64,000 bases of DNA from an uncultured delta proteobacterium. Its GTDB lineage: Bacteria > Desulfobacterota > Binatia > UBA9968. The notes under the pieces were generated by a model, which saw only the letters and a program-made list of their open reading frames with translations, searched no databases and was not told the DNA's origin. Numbering within the stretch: position 1 is the stretch's first letter; every line of letters begins with the position of its first letter. Below, one piece after another: positions 38,726-49,150 of the stretch. Both the position numbers and the translations under genes were made by a program. The stretch is taken from the NCBI GenBank assembly GCA_963847445.1, contig CAWJZV010000045.1, positions 160,001 through 224,000 of the forward strand, in the 5' to 3' direction.

Positions 38726-39937
38726 ATGACGATTTCCTTCCGGCCGCGCTGGTATTTTTTCGTCGCGCTGGTCTCCATCACCTTCATCGGGCCGCTCTCG
38801 CTCCATCTCTTCATACCCGCCATGCCGGCGGTGAAGGAAGCCTTCGGAGTCTCGACCGGCATGGCGCAGCTCACGATGTCGCTGGCGATGTTCTCCATGG
38901 CCTTTTTCACGGTTGCCTACGGCGGCTTGTCCGACCGCTTCGGGCGCAAGCGCGTGCTCCTGGGCGGGCTGGTGTTGTTTACCTGCGGCGCCGCCAGCTG
39001 CATGGCCGCCGCCAACATGCCGATGCTGCTGGCGGGGCGCATACTGCAGGGAGCGGGGGCGGGCTGCGGCGTCGTGCTGGCACGCGCCATCGCCCGCGAT
39101 GTCTACGGCCAGGACCGCGTTGCCCAGGTGATCGCCTATCTCACCGCCGCCTACGTGCTCGGGCCGATGTTTGCGCCGCCGATCGGCGGCCACTTGACTG
39201 TGCTGTTCGGCTGGCGCGCGCTGTTCGTGTTAGCGTCGGTTGTCGGTCTGGTGGTGATCCTCGCGGTGGCTTTCGCGGTGCCGGAAACCCGCACGCGCAG
39301 CGCCGGCGCGCCGCGCGGCGTATTCGCCGGCTATAAATCGCTTTTACGTCGCCCGCGCTTCGTCGGTTTCATGCTCCAGCCGGGAATGATGTCGGCCGCC
39401 TTCTTCACCCAGGCGACCGCGGCATCATTTCTCGCCACCGAACATCTCGGCGCCGATGCCGCCAAGATCGGCCTGTGGTTCTTCGCCTTCCCGATCGGCT
39501 TCATGGCCGGGAGTTTCATCTCGGGCCGCGTCGGAGCCAGGCGTTCAATCGAATTCATGACCATCCTGGGCGGTGTGATAGGCGTCGCCAACGGCGCGCT
39601 GCTCATTGGCTGGCTTTATTTCGGCGGCATTTCCATGGCCGCGCTCTACATTCCGGGAATGTTCGTCAGCCTCGCCCAGGGCCTGTCCATGCCCTACGCT
39701 CAAGCCGGCGCAATGGCGGTCGACACCGAGCTTGCCGGTTCGGCGTCGGGCGCGGTGGTGTTCTCGCAGCTTTTCTGGCCGGCCGCGCTGCAGCAGCTTA
39801 CCGGGTTGCTCGCGGACGGGACCTGGGTGCCGATGGCGACGGTGCACTTTGCCGCAGTGATCGTGGCGCTACTCGCCGGCTGGCTGGCGGCGCGGGCGGA
39901 GGGTGAGCGTTTTAATTCAGATATGATCTCTTGTTAG
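38726..39937 (+). CDS. Bcr/CflA-family MFS transporter
   Basis: LHLFIPAMP, GGLSDRFGRKRVL, ARAIARD, PETR. Confidence 0.88.
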   Translation: MTISFRPRWYFFVALVSITFIGPLSLHLFIPAMPAVKEAFGVSTGMAQLTMSLAMFSMAFFTVAYGGLSDRFGRKRVLLGGLVLFTCGAASCMAAANMPMLLAGRILQGAGAGCGVVLARAIARDVYGQDRVAQVIAYLTAAYVLGPMFAPPIGGHLTVLFGWRALFVLASVVGLVVILAVAFAVPETRTRSAGAPRGVFAGYKSLLRRPRFVGFMLQPGMMSAAFFTQATAASFLATEHLGADAAKIGLWFFAFPIGFMAGSFISGRVGARRSIEFMTILGGVIGVANGALLIGWLYFGGISMAALYIPGMFVSLAQGLSMPYAQAGAMAVDTELAGSASGAVVFSQLFWPAALQQLTGLLADGTWVPMATVHFAAVIVALLAGWLAARAEGERFNSDMISC

Positions 39938-40317
39938 CGTCATGCCTTCCGCCCGGCTCTGTGGGTAATCCCAAATGATTCGCTCCGAACTAAAATGATC
40001 AGACCGTGCTCCGACGTTGGCTCATTCGAAACTTCACAGCAGCTTCGATCAAGTCCTGTACTTCGACATTACGGATCTGTCGGCCTCATCACGTGTTCAG
40101 CGCCGGCGAGGCGCTGGCGGAGCAAGCAATTAGCCGCGAACCCGTAATTGGCAAGGCCTTACTCAAAAGCCGGTAGACTACATTAAGGTTTTTAGATAGA
40201 CAAATAGCCTGCAATGAGTTGTCACTGAATTTTAAGCATCCTAATAACGGAACAAAACCGAAGTTCGGCGATACACGGTTAGTTGTGTTTTGCGCTTGAT
40301 TGTCGGAGTAACTAAGA

Positions 40318-41292
40318 ATGCTTATTCGAAATTTTGTACAGTGGGTCGTTTTTCTAACCGTCGTTGTCGGTTTGCTGCCCGCTCAAAGCGGTGCTCAGGT
40401 CGACTTTCCAATTGGCTACGTTTCACGTGGAGGCACCTATGCGTTCATTAGCTTGATTGAACAGCATAAACTGCTCGAGCAGGAAGGCATTCGCCCGACG
40501 TTTGTCTACATAGGAGGGCCGCAAGTCTCGCAGGCGCTGATCTCGGGCGACATCAAGATGGCCATCGTCGCCGCGGCAAGCCCAATTCGTGCTGCAGCGC
40601 ACGGCGCCGATCTCAGATTCGTTGGCGGGATTACCGACAAAGAAGTAGCCTCCTTTGTCTCTGCAGCGAATATCAAAACCCCCGCGGAGTTAAAAGGAAC
40701 GCGTTTAGCTATCGATCGGCTCGGTGACTATAGCGACTTCCGCGCTAGGAAAGTGCTCGAAATGTTCGGATTGCAGGCTCAAAAAGATGTCACGTTGCTG
40801 CAAATCGGCTCCCAGACGGCGCGCTTCGCTGCCCTGAGGAACAACCAGGTGCAATCGACTTTTGTTGTTCCACCGCTGACACTGGTTGCAAGGAAGGCCG
40901 GTTTGCGCGAGCTAGCCGACCTCGGTGAACTTGGCTTTCCGTCATCGTCAGGAGCTTTCGTCGTAATGCAGTCGACTGTCGAGAGAAATCCCAAAGAAAT
41001 TTATGGAGTGCTTCGCGCAGTTGCCAAGGCAATACGCATTTACAAGACCGACAAGGAACAAGCGTTGGGCGCTATCGCTCGCTTCATGAGGCTAAATGAT
41101 AGCGAAGCCCTGGAAGAAACCCGGCGTATGAACGTGAACGTGCTCAAAGACATTCCTTCGCCGCCGGTAGCCGGTATAAGAGTCGTACGAGACTTTCTTG
41201 CCCAGACCGACCCTGAGGTCAAAAGCATGAATCTCGAGGCTTTCATCACCACCCAGTTCTCCGATCGCCTGCAAAAAGAGGGGCTCAAGTGA
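40318..41292 (+). CDS. NMT1/SsuA-type ABC substrate-binding protein
   Basis: Signal peptide; ALISGDI, ELKGTRLA, ARFAAL. Confidence 0.85.
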   Translation: MLIRNFVQWVVFLTVVVGLLPAQSGAQVDFPIGYVSRGGTYAFISLIEQHKLLEQEGIRPTFVYIGGPQVSQALISGDIKMAIVAAASPIRAAAHGADLRFVGGITDKEVASFVSAANIKTPAELKGTRLAIDRLGDYSDFRARKVLEMFGLQAQKDVTLLQIGSQTARFAALRNNQVQSTFVVPPLTLVARKAGLRELADLGELGFPSSSGAFVVMQSTVERNPKEIYGVLRAVAKAIRIYKTDKEQALGAIARFMRLNDSEALEETRRMNVNVLKDIPSPPVAGIRVVRDFLAQTDPEVKSMNLEAFITTQFSDRLQKEGLK

Positions 41293-41481
41293 AATTTCTG
41301 CGTGGCCGAAGTTTAAGCCGGACCGCCGATGGCCAGAATTACCGCTGTCGCGAGCGGACAAGCGAACGCAACGATCGTGCTGCCGGGGCAAAATAGCCGC
41401 GCTCAATGAATGGTTGGCAGCGGAGTGTGTAACGGATACTGTCTCAGCCTTGAGATCTCAATCTTGTGAGGAGAAGTTTTT

Positions 41482-42327
41482 ATGATGGCGTACCCCTATG
41501 ATAATTCCAGTTTGATCTTAGCTCTGCAAATCGATCATTCGCGCGTGGCAGGTTACTTTGCCGCACACTGGGGGAATAAGGACTTTGATCGACCAACCCC
41601 TTACGCTTCGGTGGTCTTAGCTGCGGGTGAACACGACATCGGCTGGTGGGAGTGGGAGATGTGCCCGTCGACGCTGAACGAGAAGGGGTATCCGTTAGAT
41701 TATCACGACGGCAGTTTAAAATATTTGGGCCAATTGCGCCTCGATTTTTACAAAAACTCGGTGGACCGTGTAATGACTCGAGATCGGTATGCGGCCATGT
41801 TGATGGCGATGCACGGCGTGGCGTTGATGAACGCCGGCTACGGCAAATACGCCTATCCGCCGGACCGCACTTCGGACCCGCGCGTCAAAGCCTACGTCGA
41901 TCATCAAGAAGCTCTCCGCTTGAAGCTGCTCGCGGAGCTGCGCCAGTCCGAGGAGTGCAAACAGCATTGTTCCGATGAGCAGATCTGGACCAACTATGAA
42001 TATATGGAGGTCTTCGACCAGCTGGCCCAGTACGTTTGCAATCGCTATCCGTTGAACAGCAAGGCGCGCAAGCTCGGCCCAAGCGATAGTTTGAATGACG
42101 TCGATATTCCGACCAAACATGGCCAGCCGGCGGTAAAAATAAAGATCGATACGATCGCCGCGAACAAGGCGATCCTGCGCCCCTATCCGTTCGACATCGA
42201 CCCACTGCCAGTTTCCTTCAGCGCGCGGCTGGTGCCGAACCGAGCCTATAAAGACGGCGAAGAGTTTCTCGGCGAGTTCTACCGCGCCGAGCGGATCACG
42301 GTAACGCATACGATCGCCTCCGCTTAG
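41482..42327 (+). CDS. DUF3891-family protein (HD-like)
   Basis: QIDHSRVAGYFAAHWGN, EHDIGW, MH, FDQLA, PYPFD. Confidence 0.75.
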   Translation: MMAYPYDNSSLILALQIDHSRVAGYFAAHWGNKDFDRPTPYASVVLAAGEHDIGWWEWEMCPSTLNEKGYPLDYHDGSLKYLGQLRLDFYKNSVDRVMTRDRYAAMLMAMHGVALMNAGYGKYAYPPDRTSDPRVKAYVDHQEALRLKLLAELRQSEECKQHCSDEQIWTNYEYMEVFDQLAQYVCNRYPLNSKARKLGPSDSLNDVDIPTKHGQPAVKIKIDTIAANKAILRPYPFDIDPLPVSFSARLVPNRAYKDGEEFLGEFYRAERITVTHTIASA

Positions 42328-42515
42328 ATGGCGCAGAAACGGCGCCCGCGGGCCGTTGGTGACGAATGAATTGTTCGCACCGCCTGGTGGCCGAGCGAAA
42401 CCGCGGCGTCGTAATGTAAAATGCCGGACGATTGCTTGACAGTTGAAAGCGCGGATTGATACGAGCAGGAAATGCGGCGTTTTTACGCTAGCGAATAGAA
42501 ATCGAAAACATACTG

Positions 42516-43400
42516 ATGAAACCGGCAAATTTCGAATATCACGATCCGGCAACCATCGCCGAAGCGCTCGATCTCATGGCGCGCTTCGGCGATCAAGCCC
42601 GGCCATTGGCTGGCGGCCAGAGCTTGGTGCCGCTGATGAATTTTCGCCTGCTCCGGCCGGCCCATGTGATCGATCTCAATGGGGTTGGCGGTCTCGATTA
42701 TTTGACAGTAGTCGACAGCGCGCTGCATATTGGCGCGATCACGCGGCAACGACAGCTTGAGAAATCAGACCTAGTCGCCCAGCACTGGCCGCTTTTGCGC
42801 GAGGCCACGGCTTTCATCGGCCATATTCAGATACGTAACCGCGGCACCGTCGGCGGCAGCCTGGCGCACGCCTTCCCGTCGGCGGAATTGCCGGTCGTCA
42901 TGGTCACCCTGGGTGCGTCACTGATCCTGCGTAACCAAACCGGTCAACGGACCGTCGCTGCCGAAGATTTTTTTGTTTCCTTCATGACCACCGCGCTCGA
43001 GCCGGCAGAACTGCTGACCGAGATTCAAATTCCCGCCCCGCCAGTTCAATGCGGTTGGTCTTATCAAGAGGTGAGCCGGCGTCATGGCGACTTCGCCCTG
43101 GCGGGTGCCGCAGCGGTCATCGCTTTGGACACCAACGGGAAAATTACTCATGGCAGGCTGACACTCACGGGAACTACGCCTATTCGAGCCCGAAGTGTCG
43201 AAGAAGCGCTGCTCGGCGAGAAACCGTCCGAGGCGCTTTTCCAGGCTGCTGCTCAGCGCGCCAGCGAAACGCTCGAACAGGAATCGGACATTCACGCCAG
43301 CGCGGAATACCGTCGCAGTGCTTGCACCGTGTTGGCGCGGCGAGCCCTCGTCCAGGCAGCCGAACGATCAGCAACATTGGTAAAAGGAACAGCGCGATGA
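42516..43400 (+). CDS. Xanthine dehydrogenase family FAD-binding subunit (CoxM-like)
   Basis: LAGGQSLVP, IRNRGTVGGSLAHA, RRHGDFA, DIHASAEYR. Confidence 0.93.
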   Translation: MKPANFEYHDPATIAEALDLMARFGDQARPLAGGQSLVPLMNFRLLRPAHVIDLNGVGGLDYLTVVDSALHIGAITRQRQLEKSDLVAQHWPLLREATAFIGHIQIRNRGTVGGSLAHAFPSAELPVVMVTLGASLILRNQTGQRTVAAEDFFVSFMTTALEPAELLTEIQIPAPPVQCGWSYQEVSRRHGDFALAGAAAVIALDTNGKITHGRLTLTGTTPIRARSVEEALLGEKPSEALFQAAAQRASETLEQESDIHASAEYRRSACTVLARRALVQAAERSATLVKGTAR

Positions 43401-43882
43401 GCAGCCGGCCAGTGCGCTTGACGATCAATGGCCGCGAATACAGCGGCGACGTGGAGCCGCGCAAACTCCTGACGGATTTCTTGCGCGACGATCTCGGTCT
43501 CACCGGCACCCATGTCGGCTGTGAGCATGGCGTGTGCGGCGCGTGCACGATCTTGTTGAATGGCGAACCGGTGCGCTCCTGTTTGCTGTTCGCGGTGCAG
43601 GCCAATGGGACGGCAATAAAGACTATCGAAGGGCTCGCGCCCAACCCCGACGAACTCCACCCGCTGCAAGAAAAATTCTGGGAACTGCATGGTTTGCAAT
43701 GCGGCTTCTGCACGCCGGGAATCCTACTTACCGCCGAAGCTCTGTTAAAAGAGATACCGAACCCGAGCGAGGAAGAAGTGCGCGAATGGATCAGCGGAAA
43801 TCTTTGCCGTTGCACCGGCTATCAAAACATCGTGACGGCGATATTGGCGACAGCCAAGCTAAAGAATAGCCCACAGTCCTGA
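43397..43882 (+). CDS. Xanthine dehydrogenase family 2x[2Fe-2S] subunit (CoxS-like)
   Basis: GCEHGVCGAC, QCGFCTPG, NLCRCTGY. Confidence 0.95.
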   Translation: MSSRPVRLTINGREYSGDVEPRKLLTDFLRDDLGLTGTHVGCEHGVCGACTILLNGEPVRSCLLFAVQANGTAIKTIEGLAPNPDELHPLQEKFWELHGLQCGFCTPGILLTAEALLKEIPNPSEEEVREWISGNLCRCTGYQNIVTAILATAKLKNSPQS

Positions 43883-43933
43883 ATATGGCTGAGAGTGCCC
43901 GTAACAAAAACCCTGGCGCAGCATGATTTAGCA

Positions 43934-43971
43934 ACAGAAAACCCAAAACTCTCGACTCTAAACCCGAAACT
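43934..43971. repeat. Degenerate 7-nt periodic repeat
   Basis: AACAGAA AACCCAA AACTCTC GACTCTA AACCCGA AAC. Confidence 0.5.
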
Positions 43972-43978
43972 AATATTT

Positions 43979-46285
43979 ATGGCGTACATCGGTTCAAGAA
44001 TTAGACGCAAAGAAGATTTGCGGCTTTTGCGCGGTATCGGCAAATACGTCGGCGACATCCACCGTCCCGGCATGGTGCACGCGGCGATTCTGCGCAGCAC
44101 CCACGCCCACGCGCACCTGCTGAAGATCGAAGCTAGCGCGGCGCTCAAATTACCGGGCGTCATCGGCGTGCTCACCGCCGCCGACATGCCGGGAGTGAAG
44201 ACCATCCCGATGCGCACCGGTGTTATTCCCGGACTGGAGCGTTCGCAGCAGACACCCATAGCAACGACAAAAGTGCGTTACGTCGGCGACCCGATCGCCG
44301 TGGTGGTGGCCGAGAGCCGTTACCTCGCCGAAGACGCGCTCGAATTGATCGATGTCGAATACCATCCGCTGGGCGCGGTCACCGACGCGCGCGCGAGCAT
44401 GCAACCCGGCGCGCCCCAACTGCACGACGCGACACTGAATAACATTGCCGCCAACTTTCAAGTCAACGTCGGCGAAGTCGACGCGGCATTCGCGGCATGC
44501 GATCTGATCTTCGAAGAAAACTTTTCGACGCAGCGCCACTCCGCCGTGCCGCTGGAGAATCGCGGCCTGGTCGCCGAGTGGGACGAAGGCCGCGGGTTTC
44601 TAACCATGTGGGGACCGACCAAGATGACCCACACCAATTGGCGCATTCTCTCGGATCTGATCGGCCTGCCGCAAAGCTGCATCCACTTCATCGAGCCTGA
44701 AGTGGGCGGCGGCTTCGGCGCGCGCGGTGAGTTTTATCCGGAGGACTTTTTGATCCCTTTCGCGGCGAGGCATTTTCGCAAACCGATCTGTTGGATCGAA
44801 GATCGGTCGGAAAATCTCAAGGCGATGAATCAATCGCGCCAGCAAAACCACCGCGTCAGGATCGGCGTTAAAAGCGACGGCACGATTCTAGCGATGGATG
44901 CCGAGATTCTCTTCGACATGGGCGGCTATACTCGCACCCACGGCGGTGTGCCGGCGATCGCAGCCTCCGCCATGCTGCGCGGTCCGTTCCGGATCAAGAA
45001 CTACCGCGCCAACGTCTTCTGCGTGCTCACCAACAAAACTCCGGTCGGCACCTACCGCAGCCCGGGACGCTACGAAGCGAATTTCGTGCGCGAGCGGCTG
45101 GCCGACATGATCGCTCATCGTTTGCGGCTAGATCCGGCGGACGTACGGCGGCGCAATTTGATTCGGCACGAAGAAATGCCCTATGACCTTGGCAAACATC
45201 CTTTTCATTACATGGTTTATGATACCGGCGATTTTCTCGGCCAGATGAATCGAGCGCTGGAGCAGTTCGGCTATGACGACTGGCAAAAGAAAATTGCCGC
45301 GGCAAAGAGCGAAGGCCGCGCCATCGGCGTCGGCATCGGCTGCTTCGTCGAAACCAGCGGCATCGGTCCCTGGGAATACGCCCGGATCGAGATCGATAAT
45401 GGCGGCAAGGTGGTTCTCTACTCCGGCTGCAACTCTGTCGGCCAGGGCATTGCAACCGCGCTGAGCCAAATCGTCGCCGACGAGCTGCAATGTTCGATCG
45501 ACGACGTAACCGTGGTGCACGGCGACACCGCCAAAGTTCCCTACGGCAACGGCAGCAACGCCAGCCGCTCTACGGTGATGGCCGGCAGCGCCGCCGTCGG
45601 CGCGTCGCGCAAAGTCAAAGACAAACTCCTGCGCCTGGCCTCGGCCAATCTGGAAATCGACGCGGCGGATTTGATTTTACGCGACGGTAAGATCGTCGCC
45701 AAAGGCGCGCCCGAGCGCTCGTTGACCTTCACCGAGCTCGCGCGGCTTGCGCTCCCCGGTCCGGCACTAAAGGCGGGCATCACGCCGGGCATTTCGGAAG
45801 AAGACTTTTTTGCCACCGATAAACGCCCATTTCCCTACGGTGTCCATGTCGCCGCAGTGGAAGTCGATAAGGAGACTGGCAAGATCAAAATTCTCGACTA
45901 CCTGGTCACCGAAGATGTCGGCCGCAAAATCAATCCGATGATCATCGAAGGCCAGATGGCCGGCGGCTTGGCCCAGGGCATCGGCGGCGCGATATTGGAG
46001 GAATTCGTCTACAGCGAAGACGGCCAGCCGCTGTCGACCAATTTCATGGATTATTTGCTGCCGACGGCGATGGAAATGCCCAAGGCGCAGTTCATTTCGA
46101 CGGAAGACTTCCCATCGCCGCACAATCCCTTGGGCGTCAAAGGGGCCGGGGAGGGCGGGATTACCGCTGCCGGAGCGGCTCTAGCCAACGCGGTGTCGAA
46201 CGCGTTGGCTGTTGAAGTAACCAAGTTGCCCTTGAAGCCGGATTATGTTTTGGAGCTGGTGCGGAAAAGCCGAGAAGCGACTTAA
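43979..46285 (+). CDS. Xanthine dehydrogenase family molybdopterin-binding subunit (CoxL-like, not form I CODH)
   Basis: RKEDLRLLRG, VGGGFG, TYRSPGR loop, GQGIAT, GVKGAGEGG. Confidence 0.93.
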   Translation: MAYIGSRIRRKEDLRLLRGIGKYVGDIHRPGMVHAAILRSTHAHAHLLKIEASAALKLPGVIGVLTAADMPGVKTIPMRTGVIPGLERSQQTPIATTKVRYVGDPIAVVVAESRYLAEDALELIDVEYHPLGAVTDARASMQPGAPQLHDATLNNIAANFQVNVGEVDAAFAACDLIFEENFSTQRHSAVPLENRGLVAEWDEGRGFLTMWGPTKMTHTNWRILSDLIGLPQSCIHFIEPEVGGGFGARGEFYPEDFLIPFAARHFRKPICWIEDRSENLKAMNQSRQQNHRVRIGVKSDGTILAMDAEILFDMGGYTRTHGGVPAIAASAMLRGPFRIKNYRANVFCVLTNKTPVGTYRSPGRYEANFVRERLADMIAHRLRLDPADVRRRNLIRHEEMPYDLGKHPFHYMVYDTGDFLGQMNRALEQFGYDDWQKKIAAAKSEGRAIGVGIGCFVETSGIGPWEYARIEIDNGGKVVLYSGCNSVGQGIATALSQIVADELQCSIDDVTVVHGDTAKVPYGNGSNASRSTVMAGSAAVGASRKVKDKLLRLASANLEIDAADLILRDGKIVAKGAPERSLTFTELARLALPGPALKAGITPGISEEDFFATDKRPFPYGVHVAAVEVDKETGKIKILDYLVTEDVGRKINPMIIEGQMAGGLAQGIGGAILEEFVYSEDGQPLSTNFMDYLLPTAMEMPKAQFISTEDFPSPHNPLGVKGAGEGGITAAGAALANAVSNALAVEVTKLPLKPDYVLELVRKSREAT

Positions 46286-46395
46286 CGGTGATGCTACAGA
46301 TTAGTTTCGCATTGTCCGCATCTCCGAGTCCTATCCTCTCCCCCTCGACGGGGAAGCAACGAATCGCATCGGGGGCGCACAGTCCGACTGACGAT

Positions 46396-46438
46396 TTGAA
46401 CGGCTTGAACGGAGCGCAGCGGTTGAACGATTTGAACG
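46396..46438. repeat. 9-nt periodic TTGAACG module (copy 1)
   Basis: TTGAACGGC TTGAACGGA GCGCAGCGG TTGAACGAT TTGAACG; near-identical copy at 62251. Confidence 0.8.
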
Positions 46439-46454
46439 CGTTCAGGAGTCTGAG

Positions 46455-47408
46455 ATGATCATCGACGTTCATTCCCATGTTTACCCCGCCGGCTGCTTTA
46501 CCGAAGTGCTGAAGGATCGCGCCGACTTCAAACTCATCGACAATCCGCGCGGACAATCGCTGATCTACCGCGGCACTCATGTCATGTCGATGTCGACGGA
46601 ACAAGATGACCTGCAAAAGCGCCTAGCGTCCATGGATGAGGCCGGCATCGATACAGCGGTGCTCTCGGTCGGCGCACTGAATATCGGTTGGGCGGGCGCG
46701 CGTGAAGCGGGCGCGGCGCGTGTGATCAACGATGGCCTGGCCGCCGTGTGCCGCCAACATCCAGCGCGATTTCGTTTTGTTGCCGTCCTGCCGACAACCG
46801 ACCGCTCTGAGATGGTGCGCGAGCTCGATCGCGCTCTCGGTCTCGGTGCCGCCGGCGTCGGCATAGCGACGAATATCGGCGACCATCAACTGCAGGCGCC
46901 GGCGGTGCGCCATTTTTGGCAGGAAATGAACCGGCGAAAATTGCTGGTGCTTGTCCACCCGACTTGTCCCTGCGACGCGCCGCAGAATGATCCTGGAACT
47001 TTTCTTGCGGTCGGTTATCCCAACGAAACTGCCATGGCGGCGACCAAGCTCGCCCTGGCCGGGGTACTCGCTGAATGCCCCGATGTGAAAATCGTCTGGT
47101 CGCACTTGGGCGGCGGCCTGCCGATGATTCTGGATCGGATCGACCGCGGCTATCAGCGGTTTTCCAGCTGTCCCCATCCACCGAGCTATTATCTGCGCCG
47201 CTGCTACTTCGATACCGCCTGCGCCCATGTGCCGGCGCTGCACTGCGCACGCGCGACCTGGGGCGTGAATCGGCTTGTGTTCGGCACCGATGTGCCCCAT
47301 GTGCCGAACACGGAAAAGGAAACCATCGCGGCGTTAAACGATACCGGTTGGTCGACATCTGAGCTCGATGATATTTTCGCTGCGACAGTGCGGAAACTTA
47401 TGGCTTAG
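46455..47408 (+). CDS. Amidohydrolase-2 family protein (ACMSD/decarboxylase-like)
   Basis: IDVHSH, VHP, SHLGG, YFDT, FGTD. Confidence 0.88.
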   Translation: MIIDVHSHVYPAGCFTEVLKDRADFKLIDNPRGQSLIYRGTHVMSMSTEQDDLQKRLASMDEAGIDTAVLSVGALNIGWAGAREAGAARVINDGLAAVCRQHPARFRFVAVLPTTDRSEMVRELDRALGLGAAGVGIATNIGDHQLQAPAVRHFWQEMNRRKLLVLVHPTCPCDAPQNDPGTFLAVGYPNETAMAATKLALAGVLAECPDVKIVWSHLGGGLPMILDRIDRGYQRFSSCPHPPSYYLRRCYFDTACAHVPALHCARATWGVNRLVFGTDVPHVPNTEKETIAALNDTGWSTSELDDIFAATVRKLMA

Positions 47409-47415
47409 CGCGATT

Positions 47416-47583
47416 GGTTCAAGGGTTCAAAAGTTCAATCTGACTGCGGATTCTGACATTGAACCTGTGAACCCTTGAATCTAATATTCCCCGCAGCTTG
47501 CTGCGGGCACAAAATTGCTGGGGTTTCCAAAGGGGGTTGAACATCCCCTTTGGTCGCGAGCGGGGTTCATACCCCGATCGCGA
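47416..47583. repeat. Cluster of four intergenic palindromes (REP/BIME-like)
   Basis: Periodic GGTTCAA/TTGAACC arms; CCCGCAGC-TT-GCTGCGGG; CCAAAGGGG/CCCCTTTGG; TCGCGA-CGGGGT/ACCCCG-TCGCGA. Confidence 0.6.
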
Positions 47584-47635
47584 AATGCCCGGTTGATCAT
47601 TGAACGATACGATCCAGGCGAGAGGAGATCGCTCT

Positions 47636-48479
47636 ATGATGGTATCCTCATACGATGAAAATCGGCTGCTGCTGATTTTGCAGGTTGATCATTCCAAGAT
47701 CACCGGTTGGTTGGCGGCGCATTGGGGCAATGACAATTTCGCCCAACCGGCGCCCTATACCGCCATGGTATTGGCGGCTCAGGAGCATGACACCGGCTGG
47801 TGGGATTGGGAGATCAAGCCGCAGGTCAATAGTGAAGGGATGCCACCGGATTACATCGGCAGCATTCGTCATCTCGGCGGTAAAGTATGGCTCGATTTTT
47901 ACCGCCACGGGATCGAACGTCTCGCCGAACAAGACCCCTACGCGGGCTACATGGTTTCGCTTCACTCCGACGGTTTGCTTACCCAGGGTCGAGGCTTGCT
48001 GCCGTACATGCCGGATTTCCAGGTTTATCCGGAAGTCCGTGAGTTCATCGCAGAACAAGAGAGATACCGCGCTCAACTCTTGGAACAGCTCAAGAACTCG
48101 CAGATCTACCGCGACTTTGTTTCTGACGAACAGCTGTGGACCAATTTTAAATTGATGGAAGTTTACGACCAAATGGGCCAATTTGTCTCTAACCGCTATC
48201 CTTTCAACAACACCGCGCGCAAGAATGGCCCAACCAACACGTTGAGTAATGTTCCGACACCGACGAGACCGGGCAAAGAAGATACGATTCTGACCTTCAA
48301 CATCCAAGATGAGAGCCGGGCGATCGTCACCCCCTATCCGTTCGACATTGATCCTCTTCCGGTATCATTTCAGTGCGCGTCTGGTGCCAAAGCGGCGGTA
48401 CGAGACCCAAGACGAATTTCTCCAAGAATACTACCGCGCCGAACGATTGATGATTAATTATTCGCTTTCATCTCAATAA
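47636..48479 (+). CDS. DUF3891-family protein (second paralog; frameshift near 48375)
   Basis: QVDHSKITGWLAAHWGN, EHDTGW, LH, YDQMG, PYPFD; corrected C-terminus ...EYYRAER matches paralog 1. Confidence 0.75.
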
Positions 48480-48507
48480 TTGGTTGTCCTTTCAATGCGT
48501 GCGTCGA

Positions 48508-49150
48508 TCACTCAGACCTGAGAGAAGCCATGTCGATGGAAAAGCGGTACTTCACATCGGACTTGAGCAGTCTCTCGTAGGCTTCGTTGACCTTCTGGAT
48601 GGGGATGACCTCGACAGCGGCGGTGATGTTATGGTCCCCGCAGAAGTCGAGCATCTCCTGGGTTTCGGCGATGCCGCCGATGTTCGAGCCGGAGAGATTG
48701 CGCCGGCCCATGATCAGAGCGAAGGACGAGACGCCCAGCAGCTTTTCTGGAGCGCCGACCAGCGTGATGTTGCCGTCGCGACGCAGCAGATGGATGTAGG
48801 CGTTGATGTCGTGCTCGGCCGAGACGGTGTCGAGAATGAAATCAAAACTGCCGGCGTGCTTCTGCATCTCGTCGGTGTTGCGGGATAAAATGACCTCGTC
48901 GGCACCGAGTCGGAGCGCGTCATCCTGCTTGCCAGGCGAAGTAGTGAAGACAGCGACGTGCGCTCCGAACGCATGAGCAAGCTTCACGCCCATGTGGCCC
49001 AGGCCGCCCAGACCGACGACTCCGACTTTCGTGCCCTTGGTGACGCCCCAGTGGCGCATTGGCGAGTATGTCGTGATGCCGGCGCAGAGGAGCGGCGCGG
49101 CTCCGGCGGGAGCGAAGTTGGAGGGGACGCGCAGAACGAAGCGTTCATTG
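48508..49150 (-). pseudogene. 5'-truncated Zn-dependent (cinnamyl/AdhA-like) alcohol dehydrogenase
   Basis: APLLCAGITTYSP, GLGGLGHMG, DVKYRFSID present; in-frame stop upstream and the N-terminal GHE domain is absent. Confidence 0.75.

Noticed and set aside
42516-46285. Aerobic CO dehydrogenase
   Set aside because: Lacks the AYxCSFR Cys motif, and no coxDEFG accessory genes are nearby
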